Shown in pieces: positions 56,014 through 64,000 of a stretch of 64,000 nucleotides of DNA (the stretch's first letter is position 1; the number at the start of each line of letters is the position of its first letter). The notes beneath the pieces were generated by a model that was not told the DNA's origin, searched no databases, and was given only the letters and a program-made list of their open reading frames with translations. This DNA comes from a virus. Its lineage: Duplodnaviria > Caudoviricetes. The stretch lies in the IMG/VR virus record IMGVR_UViG_3300044645_001661; one strand, 5' to 3'. The position numbers and the translations under genes are program-made.

Positions 56014-57799
56014 TTTTAATAAATTTATTTTTTAAAAGACCCTTTCTTCTTAAGATAAAAAGATTATTTTTATCATATCCTATAAAGTCATTATCGATTT
56101 TATAGGATATTTTATTTTTCTCCCAAGTTTCTATATTATATTTTGAGTTTAAAGTTAATGGATATTTTTGATTTTCATTAAAAATAAATTTTTTCTGAAT
56201 ATCAATAATTTCTGAGTCAATTTGTACAATATTTGAGCAATATAACTCAATAAATTCAAATAGTTTTGATTTATTTTTAAATAAGAATTCAAAACTACTA
56301 GCATGTAAAGAATGTCCAGTTTTGGCACCCTGTGTTATCTTCCCAGTCTTGATATAAGTAGAGACAATATTATATATTTCTTGATAATGAACTCCAATGA
56401 ATCCATCATCATTTTTTATACAGTCAAATAAATTATCATAAAATTTTCTATAACTTATATTTAAAATATTAAAGCAATACTTCGATAGCACTTGAGTATA
56501 TCCTGCTATATGCAATTGAACAATCAACCATCCGTACATATAACATTCAATTAATTCATCTGTGGTTAAAGTATCGGTTTTATTAATTAATTCTATACTT
56601 TCTTTTACTTCTGAGTAATCTTTTTCATTAGTGAATGAAACGTAATCCTCTGCTTTGATAGTTTCAATACCATATATTTTTCTAGATAATTCACTGTTCA
56701 ATTCACTGTTACCAAAAACTTGACAAAACCAAACATCAATAGATTCATGTTGCCCAAATTCTAATATTTTAGAGAATCCTTCCTTCCAAGAATCTATAGT
56801 TTCGTTTGGTAATCCTAAAATTAACTCGGTATAAGTTTTTACATCATGCTCTTTACTTTTTTCAATATGAGATGTAATGTTATTAATACTCATATTTTTT
56901 CTTTTAATTGCTTTAAGTGTTGGTTCATTCATACTTTGAACACTTATAGTTACACCTCTACTAATATCTCCAAGTATTTTTGCTATTTCAAAAACTACTT
57001 CTGTAGAATTTTTAGAATATTGCAAATTAACAGATTCTAATTTGCTATTATCAGCAACTTCTCTTATTAATTTTGCTATTTCTAAATCTCTTTCTTTATA
57101 CATTCCAAAATTTGCATCTGCACAAAATATAAATGCAACATTATTATTTTTAATCCATTCAAGATCATTTTTTACACGATCTAGATTAAACATTTTAACT
57201 TTACTATAGGTTAATCCACCCCAATCACAAAAAGTACATGAATGGGGGCACCCTCGATTAGTTTCAATAGTAGAAGCCCAAAGAGTATTTGGATTGTCTT
57301 TTACAATTTGATCAAATACTTTAGATTCATATGGACTTGGAAAGTCTAATTGCTCTATTCTACTTTTTTGATATATTTTTTCTATCGTTTTATTTTGAAT
57401 AATACTAGTTAATAAATCTAAGTAACTTTCTTCACCTTCACCAATTATTACACAATCTATAAATTCATTATCAAGAATTTTCAAAGTTGCTTGTGGTCCA
57501 CCAAATTGAATAATACAGTCTGGAAATTTTTCTTTTATTAGTTTTGATAAAAATAGACAATATTGCTCATTCCAAACGTAACAACTAAAACTGCACACTG
57601 TTGGATTGTCCAATCTTTCCAGTATTTTATCTGGATGCTCTCTTTTAAAGATAATATCTTTTAATACAAAATTGTTTTTTACTTCATCAAATTGATTACA
57701 ATAACTCCATAAACAACCAACACTGTAGGGAAGCCAATATGTGTCTTCATTTCTAATTTCTACAGAATATTGCGGTTGAAATAAATATATATTTTTCAT
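56006..57799 (-). CDS. B12-binding-domain radical SAM protein (class B methyltransferase-like), paralog 2
   Basis: FSCYVWN...FGGPQ...GEGE; ETNRGCPHSCTFCDWG (CxxxCxxC); DANFG; TELILGLP. Confidence 0.9.
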   Translation of the reverse strand: MKNIYLFQPQYSVEIRNEDTYWLPYSVGCLWSYCNQFDEVKNNFVLKDIIFKREHPDKILERLDNPTVCSFSCYVWNEQYCLFLSKLIKEKFPDCIIQFGGPQATLKILDNEFIDCVIIGEGEESYLDLLTSIIQNKTIEKIYQKSRIEQLDFPSPYESKVFDQIVKDNPNTLWASTIETNRGCPHSCTFCDWGGLTYSKVKMFNLDRVKNDLEWIKNNNVAFIFCADANFGMYKERDLEIAKLIREVADNSKLESVNLQYSKNSTEVVFEIAKILGDISRGVTISVQSMNEPTLKAIKRKNMSINNITSHIEKSKEHDVKTYTELILGLPNETIDSWKEGFSKILEFGQHESIDVWFCQVFGNSELNSELSRKIYGIETIKAEDYVSFTNEKDYSEVKESIELINKTDTLTTDELIECYMYGWLIVQLHIAGYTQVLSKYCFNILNISYRKFYDNLFDCIKNDDGFIGVHYQEIYNIVSTYIKTGKITQGAKTGHSLHASSFEFLFKNKSKLFEFIELYCSNIVQIDSEIIDIQKKFIFNENQKYPLTLNSKYNIETWEKNKISYKIDNDFIGYDKNNLFILRRKGLLKNKFIKIT

Positions 57800-59604
57800 T
57801 CATCAATTTTAGATACAGTATTTTTTAGTAATCCCTTTCTTCTTAAAACCCAAAAATCATTTCGTATTGACTCATCTCTTTTATTTGAAACCATTAAACT
57901 TGTTGGTTTATCTTCCCATGTTGTTGTATCAACAGAAGAAGGAATAGTAATAGGATAATCTACCTCAGAGTCATAAACAAAGTTTTTTTGAAGATCCCAA
58001 AATTCATTAGTTATACCACCAAATTTTACCAGAGATTTATCAATTAAGGCAAATACTTCATTCCTATTATTCATAAAAAATGAAAAATCATTAGGAGAAT
58101 TAAATTCTAATGAATGTCCACTTTTATTATCTGGTAAAATTCCCTCTGTTAAGTAATTTTTTACATCGAACTTTAATTTTTGAAAATATTTACCAATTAT
58201 TCCGTTGTCAGTTTGAACCTTTTCAAATATTTCATCATAAAACATCCTATAAGTTATATTTTTATTGTAAAAAAGATATTTTGCTATTAGTTGAGCATAT
58301 CCATTTATATGGAATTGTATTACTGTCCAAGCATACAAATAACTTTCAATTAATTCCGAAGTTGCCATTGAATTAGTTTTATTAACTATCTCAACAATTT
58401 CTTTGAATCCATGATATTCCTTAGGATTAGTGAATGAAATATAGTCATACGCCTTTACTGTTTCAATTCCGTGCATCTTTCTAGAGAATTCACTTCCCAA
58501 TTCACTATTACCAAATAATTGGCAGAACCAAACATCAATCGATTCGTGTTGACCACACTCCAAAACTTTAGATAATCCGTCTTTCCAAGTTTCTAAAGTT
58601 TCCTCGGGTAATGGCAAAATCAGTTCAGTATATGTTTTAACTCCATATTCTTGACTCATTCTCATATGATTAGTCAAATCATTTATATGAAGATTCTTTC
58701 TCTTAATAGCCTTCAAAGTTGGTTGATTCATACTTTGAACGCTAATTGTTATTCCCCTAAGACAATGTTCTTCAAGTATTTTTGCAATTTTAAATACTGC
58801 TTCTGTTGAATTCTTAGCAAATTGTAAAACAACGTCACCAACATTGGTTTCTTTTAATTTGTCTCTGATTATCTCTGCTATAAGTATATCTCGCTCCTTA
58901 TACATTCCAAAATTAGCATCAGCAACAAATAAGTATCCAATATTATTATTTTTTATCCAAGTAATATCATCTTCAACTCTTTTTATATCAAAGTGATCTA
59001 CTTTACTCATAGTAGTTCCACCCCAATCACAAAAAGTACATCTATGAGGGCAACCTCGATTTGTTTCTATAGTTGCAGCCCAAATTACATTTGGATTTTC
59101 CTCGATTATTTTACTAAAAATATTAGATTGATATGGACTAGGATAATCCAGTGTAGATAATCTAGTTCTTTCGTAATATTTTTTTATTTCTTTGTTTTCT
59201 GTAATAGATTTAAGTATATCTAAAAAGTTTTCTTCCCCCTCAGAAATTATTACAGTATCAATAAAATCATTCTCCTCTTGCATTTTTTTAGATGCTTGAG
59301 GTCCACCAAATTCAATAATGCAATTTGGAAATTTTTCTTTTACTAGTTTAGCTATTCCTAGACAATACTGTTCATTCCAAATATAACAACTAAATCCACA
59401 TAAAACAGGATTATCCAATCTTTCTAATATTTTATCTGGATGTTCTCTTTTAAAAATTATATCCTTTAAAATAAAATTATTTTTTACTTCATCAAATTGA
59501 TTACAATAACTCCAAATACATCCAACACTATATGGTATCCAATAATTTTCTTGTTTTCTAACTTCTACAGAATATTGTGGTTGAAATAAATATATGTTTT
59601 TCAT
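57796..59604 (-). CDS. B12-binding-domain radical SAM protein, paralog 1 (start moved to ATG 59604)
   Basis: ETNRGCPHRCTFCDWG; MKNIYLFQPQYSVE start identical to paralog 2; the upstream 11 codons contain the late promoter. Confidence 0.9.
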   Translation of the reverse strand: MKNIYLFQPQYSVEVRKQENYWIPYSVGCIWSYCNQFDEVKNNFILKDIIFKREHPDKILERLDNPVLCGFSCYIWNEQYCLGIAKLVKEKFPNCIIEFGGPQASKKMQEENDFIDTVIISEGEENFLDILKSITENKEIKKYYERTRLSTLDYPSPYQSNIFSKIIEENPNVIWAATIETNRGCPHRCTFCDWGGTTMSKVDHFDIKRVEDDITWIKNNNIGYLFVADANFGMYKERDILIAEIIRDKLKETNVGDVVLQFAKNSTEAVFKIAKILEEHCLRGITISVQSMNQPTLKAIKRKNLHINDLTNHMRMSQEYGVKTYTELILPLPEETLETWKDGLSKVLECGQHESIDVWFCQLFGNSELGSEFSRKMHGIETVKAYDYISFTNPKEYHGFKEIVEIVNKTNSMATSELIESYLYAWTVIQFHINGYAQLIAKYLFYNKNITYRMFYDEIFEKVQTDNGIIGKYFQKLKFDVKNYLTEGILPDNKSGHSLEFNSPNDFSFFMNNRNEVFALIDKSLVKFGGITNEFWDLQKNFVYDSEVDYPITIPSSVDTTTWEDKPTSLMVSNKRDESIRNDFWVLRRKGLLKNTVSKIDE

Positions 59605-59627
59605 TTCATTGAACTTTATGTATGTTG

Positions 59628-59642
59628 TATTTATCATAAATA
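59628..59642. promoter_or_regulatory. overlapping divergent late promoters TATTTAT-C-ATAAATA
   Basis: ATAAATA on both strands; genes start at 59604 (-) and 59666 (+). Confidence 0.7.
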
Positions 59643-59665
59643 TAACAGAATTAAATGATTAAAAA

Positions 59666-59824
59666 ATGGACGAACTTTTAGATATGATTATCTCTGATGA
59701 ATCGCCATCACAAGTCAGCGATAAAATTAAAGAACTTCTTTTTGCCAAATCTGCAGAAAGAATTGAGGCATTAAGACCTACAGCAGGAAATTCATTATTT
59801 GGGAATCAAGAAGAGGTAGGATGA
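59666..59824 (+). CDS. 52-aa conserved head-region protein (MDELLDMI...LFAKSAERIE), not in ORF track
   Basis: read from sequence; position equivalent to T4 g67/g68. Confidence 0.75.
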   Translation: MDELLDMIISDESPSQVSDKIKELLFAKSAERIEALRPTAGNSLFGNQEEVG

Positions 59825-59825
59825 T

Positions 59826-60146
59826 ATGAAATCATTCAAGCAATTTATATCTGAATCAGTTAATATTGCTGGTGATTTTACTGGAAATCTTTATATTAAT
59901 TCCGAAACAGAACAACCTCAGCAAGTAGGAGAAAACTATGTTGCTGATGTTATGTGGCAAGGAAACTTGTATAGATTGGAATTAGTAACCAAATCTGGAT
60001 TGCCCTCAAAACAGGATTTAGGTGAGCAACTTCAAAGACAATATCCTGGAGCAATTGTTCATCAGATTTATCCAGCAGAAGAAAAGAACTTTAACATTAA
60101 AAACGTACAAAGATATCACCCCTCAAAATTAGAATGGATTGATTGA
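59826..60146 (+). CDS. putative internal head protein with capsid-targeting-like N-terminus
   Basis: MKSFKQFISE resembles the T4 IP targeting peptide. Confidence 0.7.
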   Translation: MKSFKQFISESVNIAGDFTGNLYINSETEQPQQVGENYVADVMWQGNLYRLELVTKSGLPSKQDLGEQLQRQYPGAIVHQIYPAEEKNFNIKNVQRYHPSKLEWID

Positions 60147-61699
60147 TAATGGCTCAGTGGAATATACAAAATCAAGATTATCTAAATCAAGAGAGATCTT
60201 TATTTGAAGTTAATAATATTGCAACTAAAGATGGTCAACCAGTTAGTGTTGACAATCCATTTCCAGTATCTCTTGGAAGTTCTAGCATTACAATTAATGG
60301 TGATATTAGTATTCCTGGAATAGTAACTGTTACAAGTACACCAGAAAATCCAATTCATTCTCATCTAGTAGAAGTAGGAACCAGTAGCACATTAACAGTT
60401 CCATATCTCCCAGTCGGTATTTCAACATTACTGAATACTGTAAGTATTGGAACTACTGGGCAAGTATCAATCAACCTCAATAATTCACCAGTCAGCACCA
60501 CAAATCCATTTCCAGTAACAGCAACTTTTGGAAATCAAACAGATAGTAATAGATTAAAAGTTTCTCCTTTCCAAACAGTTTTCTTTAATACTTTCCAGTA
60601 TGGTAAAGAGACTGATGTTTGGGATGAAAGAATAGTTGGAGTTGGAACCGCAACCTGGAACCAATATTCCAGTAATGTGGTTATGCAAGTAGGTGTTACT
60701 ACTGGAAGTAAAGTTATCAGACAAACCAAGAATGTAATGAGATACATCCCTGGCAGAGGATCGACACTTGCATTTGCAGTTCGTCTTGATAATCCACAGG
60801 TAGGTATTCGTAGAAGATTTGGATTGTTTGATGATAATAATGGTGCTTATTTTGAGGATAATGGAGGAACATATTCGTATGTAATTCGCACCACTACAAC
60901 AGGTATCACCACAGAAATAAGAATTGGTAGAGAAGGTTGGAATGGTGATAAGTTTGATGGTAATGGACCATCTGGTGTAATTGCAGATCCAATCAAACAA
61001 CAGATGATTTCTATTGCTTATGAGTGGTATGGTGCAGGAACTGTAAATTTCGATTGGTTAATGGGTGGTAAGACTGTTAGGAGTCATTCCTTTATTAATT
61101 CAAACACCAATAATTTTGTTTGGTGTTCTACACCATTCCTCCCAATTCGTCTTGAGATTGAGAATATTACTGGTGTTGCAGGAACTCATTACCTTTATCA
61201 GGGTTCTAATTCACTTATTCAAGAGGGAGAGCCAGAAAAACTTGGAGCACTTGTAAGTCAGTCTAATACCATCACGGGAACTACGATGACACTTGCAGAT
61301 ACATTTTATCCCATCATAAGTTTGCGACTTAAACCAACCGCATTACAAGCAGTATTACTTTTGAGATCTTTACAAGCAGTAACGAATGATAATACTAATG
61401 TGTATTGGAAACTTTTAGAGAATGCAACATTAACTGGTGCAAACTGGATAAATCACGCAAATCCAGATTCATTTGCTCAGTATGATATTTCTGCAACTTC
61501 ATATTCTAACGGTAGAGATATTCTTTCTGGATTTACTATTTCTGGTGGTTCTTCTTTAACAGATATTGATAGACTTGCAGACTTACAACTTGGAAGGTCT
61601 GGTATTGGGACAATCAGTGACATTTACACTCTTGTTTGTGCAAGTCCTAATACTAACAAAAAAGCACTTGCAGTATTGAACTGGATTGAACAGAGATAA
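60143..61699 (+). CDS. hypothetical, probably structural beta-rich protein
   Basis: ORF track; Ser/Thr/Gly-rich; lies in the late module. Confidence 0.8.
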   Translation: MIMAQWNIQNQDYLNQERSLFEVNNIATKDGQPVSVDNPFPVSLGSSSITINGDISIPGIVTVTSTPENPIHSHLVEVGTSSTLTVPYLPVGISTLLNTVSIGTTGQVSINLNNSPVSTTNPFPVTATFGNQTDSNRLKVSPFQTVFFNTFQYGKETDVWDERIVGVGTATWNQYSSNVVMQVGVTTGSKVIRQTKNVMRYIPGRGSTLAFAVRLDNPQVGIRRRFGLFDDNNGAYFEDNGGTYSYVIRTTTTGITTEIRIGREGWNGDKFDGNGPSGVIADPIKQQMISIAYEWYGAGTVNFDWLMGGKTVRSHSFINSNTNNFVWCSTPFLPIRLEIENITGVAGTHYLYQGSNSLIQEGEPEKLGALVSQSNTITGTTMTLADTFYPIISLRLKPTALQAVLLLRSLQAVTNDNTNVYWKLLENATLTGANWINHANPDSFAQYDISATSYSNGRDILSGFTISGGSSLTDIDRLADLQLGRSGIGTISDIYTLVCASPNTNKKALAVLNWIEQR

Positions 61700-61735
61700 T
61701 TAATAAATAACTAATAAAGTCTTTATTATATAATA

Positions 61736-62005
61736 ATGCAAGTAACAAAACCACTTTCTATAGAAACTGATTTAGCAACTTCTTCTGGTGCTGGAACAAG
61801 TATACTTTCTGCAACATGCGTAAGATTATATAATGGAGCTGGTGCAGCAACTACAATTGCAATTTCAGCATCTGTTGGGGCGAGTGCATCTTATTCATTT
61901 ACTTTACCATCTGGTGCTGTTGAATTTATACAAAAATTACCCACTGATATTATCTGGGCTTCAGCATCATCTATAAAAGTAACAAAAGTAGGATTTACTA
62001 ACTAA
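61736..62005 (+). CDS. small probable virion protein
   Basis: late promoter at 61702; lies before g21. Confidence 0.75.
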   Translation: MQVTKPLSIETDLATSSGAGTSILSATCVRLYNGAGAATTIAISASVGASASYSFTLPSGAVEFIQKLPTDIIWASASSIKVTKVGFTN

Positions 62006-62010
62006 GAAAA

Positions 62011-62661
62011 ATGAAACTTATCAGAGAAGAAATCGAAAAGGTAGAACTTATCACCGAAGATGTTGGTGGTAAAAAACAAATGTATATCCAAGGTGTATTC
62101 CTCCAAAGCGAAACAGTTAATCGTAATGGTAGAATGTATCCTTTTTCGATTATGGAAAGAGAAGTAAATCGTTATAATGAAAATTATGTTAAAAAAGGTA
62201 GGGCATTAGGAGAACTTGGTCATCCAGATGGTCCTACAGTAAATCTCGATAGAGTTTCTCATAAAATTACTGAATTAAAGCAAAGTGGTAATAATTTTGT
62301 AGGTAAGGCACAAATCTTATCAACTCCAATGGGAAAAATTGCAGCATCTCTTCTTAAGGATGGGGTAACTCTTGGTGTTTCATCCCGTGGTATTGGTTCT
62401 CTAAGAGAAAACAATAAAGGATATAAAGAAGTTGGTGAAGACTTCATGCTTGCAACTGCAGCTGATATTGTTGCTGATCCTTCTGCACCTGATGCTTTTG
62501 TTCAAGGCATTATGGAAGGCAAAGAATGGATTTGGGATGGTGGAATTCTCCGCGAAAAACTCGCAGAAAACACCAGAAGAAAAATTAATAATTTGGTTGA
62601 ACAAAGAAGACTAGAAGAGAATAAAATTGAGTTATTTAATGAATTTTTAAATTCATTATAA
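62011..62661 (+). CDS. g21: prohead protease gp21
   Basis: NRNGRMYP; ALGELGHP...VSH; GVSSRGIGSL; DIVADPSAPDA. Confidence 0.97.
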   Translation: MKLIREEIEKVELITEDVGGKKQMYIQGVFLQSETVNRNGRMYPFSIMEREVNRYNENYVKKGRALGELGHPDGPTVNLDRVSHKITELKQSGNNFVGKAQILSTPMGKIAASLLKDGVTLGVSSRGIGSLRENNKGYKEVGEDFMLATAADIVADPSAPDAFVQGIMEGKEWIWDGGILREKLAENTRRKINNLVEQRRLEENKIELFNEFLNSL

Positions 62662-62728
62662 TATCTTAAATTTAGATTTTAATAAATAAATATAGATTAA
62701 ATTAATAAAGGTTAATCGGAGAGTTCAA

Positions 62729-63955
62729 ATGTCTCGTGGTAAAAATTTACAAGAAATGGAAGCAGGCACTAAGCAATCCAGAACCGCTGTCAATGCTGGT
62801 GCAAAGGCAGGGGATGCAATGCAGAAGCTAGCACCTGGAGCAGTTGCTGGCCAAACTGGCAGCTGGGAAGATCTTGGTGGTCCTACTCCAGAAAACTATC
62901 GTTCTGACGATAGCTCTGCAGAGTTAAAGACTCCAGGAAAAACTTTACAACAAGTAAAAAATATTGTAAATAAAGGTGCTAAGGCTGCTGATCCAATGAA
63001 GGGTCTTAAAAAAAGTGAAGCAGTAAAGGAAGATGAGGATCTAGAAGACGAAGATCTAATTGAAGAAGAAATTGAAGAAGATAATGAATTTGATGAAGAA
63101 ATTGAAGAAGAAGTAGTTTCTGAAGCTTCTAAAGAAGAAGAAGACGAAGAAGAGGAAGAGGAAGAAGAGGAAGATGATGAGGAAGAGGAAGAGGAAGACA
63201 AGAAAATGAAGAAAGAAGAGTTTGACATCGAAGAAGATGTCAATGCTCTTTTAAATACTGGCGATGAAGAAGAACTCTCCGAAGAGTTTAAAGAAAAAGC
63301 AAAAGTAGTTTTTGAATCTGCACTCAGATCAAAAGTCTCTGAAATCAAGGAAGAACTTGAAGTTCAATATGAGCAGAGACTTATTGAAGAAGTAGATGCT
63401 ATTAAGGCATCACTTGAGGAAAGAATTGATTCTTACCTTGAGTATGTTTCTGAAGAGTGGATTTCAGAAAACGAATTAGCAATTGAGCACGGTCTCAAGA
63501 CCGAAATGACCGAATCATTCCTTCAAGGAATGAGAGGTCTTTTTGAAGAACATTATGTATCAATCCCTGAAGATAAATATGATGTGTTAGAGAGCATGGT
63601 AGAAAAACTTGATGACATGGAGACAAAACTCAACGAGCAAATTGAGAAAAATATCCATCTAAACAATCGTCTCGCAGAGTCGGTTGCAAATGGAATCTTT
63701 GATGAAATTTCTGAAGGTCTAGCACTATCTCAGAAAGAGAAGCTCGCTTCACTTGCCGAAAGTGTTGAGTTTGAAGGTGACGCAGAATATCGTGAGAAAT
63801 TGGAGACTTTGAAGGAATCATACTTCCCTTCAAGATCTACATCTCCACAGGCAAAAACTGAAACACTTTCTGAAGGAGTAGACGTTGCAACTGAGTATCA
63901 CTCAGATTCGATGAATGCTTACCTGAGAACTCTTTCAGCAGTTGCTAAAAAGTGA
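62729..63955 (+). CDS. g22: prohead core scaffold protein gp22
   Basis: FKEKAKVVFESAL; IDSYLEYVSEEW; KLETLKESYF; acidic tract. Confidence 0.95.
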   Translation: MSRGKNLQEMEAGTKQSRTAVNAGAKAGDAMQKLAPGAVAGQTGSWEDLGGPTPENYRSDDSSAELKTPGKTLQQVKNIVNKGAKAADPMKGLKKSEAVKEDEDLEDEDLIEEEIEEDNEFDEEIEEEVVSEASKEEEDEEEEEEEEEDDEEEEEEDKKMKKEEFDIEEDVNALLNTGDEEELSEEFKEKAKVVFESALRSKVSEIKEELEVQYEQRLIEEVDAIKASLEERIDSYLEYVSEEWISENELAIEHGLKTEMTESFLQGMRGLFEEHYVSIPEDKYDVLESMVEKLDDMETKLNEQIEKNIHLNNRLAESVANGIFDEISEGLALSQKEKLASLAESVEFEGDAEYREKLETLKESYFPSRSTSPQAKTETLSEGVDVATEYHSDSMNAYLRTLSAVAKK

Positions 63956-64000
63956 ATTTAATATTATTCAAATAAAACACAATTACACTTAGAAAAAGGT

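Noticed and set aside
59605-59637. N-terminal MINTTYIKFNE of the 613-aa radical SAM ORF
   Set aside because: this is the late-promoter sequence read in frame; the paralog begins at MKNIYLF
62896-63348. Ser-rich minus-strand ORF and GAA/GAG low-complexity tract
   Set aside because: shadow of the acidic segment of scaffold gp22
1-64000. photosynthesis AMGs, cas genes, integrase, stop-codon reassignment
   Set aside because: none recognised; long ORFs read cleanly with the standard code

Overview
This window comes from a T4-like cyanophage (cyanomyovirus). The family assignment rests on gene content and order; the cyanobacterial host is inferred. It has four parts. (1) 1-9835 is a same-strand chain of small, translationally coupled ORFs, plus a 2OG-Fe(II) oxygenase, an isochorismatase-like protein and a PRMT-like SAM methyltransferase. 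(2) ~9840-10370 is a non-coding switch region: an AT-rich tract, two near-consensus leftward sigma70 promoters, six copies of a 13-bp palindrome (ATCTCGACGAGAT) and a rightward promoter. It is a candidate replication origin. (3) ~10370-17800 is an array of small early-gene cassettes plus tRNA-Leu(UAA). Many cassettes carry their own promoter, with one of several palindromic boxes centred at a nearly fixed 41-44 bp upstream of the -10 hexamer, and GC-rich hairpins. (4) 18130-64000 holds a glycosyltransferase, an ATP-grasp protein and the T4-type virion module (g25, g6, g7, g8, large structural protein, g13-g22). Two tandem, opposite-strand B12-binding radical SAM genes interrupt this module after the portal gene. 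The most unusual items are the fixed-position operator/promoter cassette system with its candidate winged-helix regulator, the palindrome/origin locus, the late-expressed radical SAM pair and the PRMT-like enzyme. Family calls are by motif recognition only; no database search was run.
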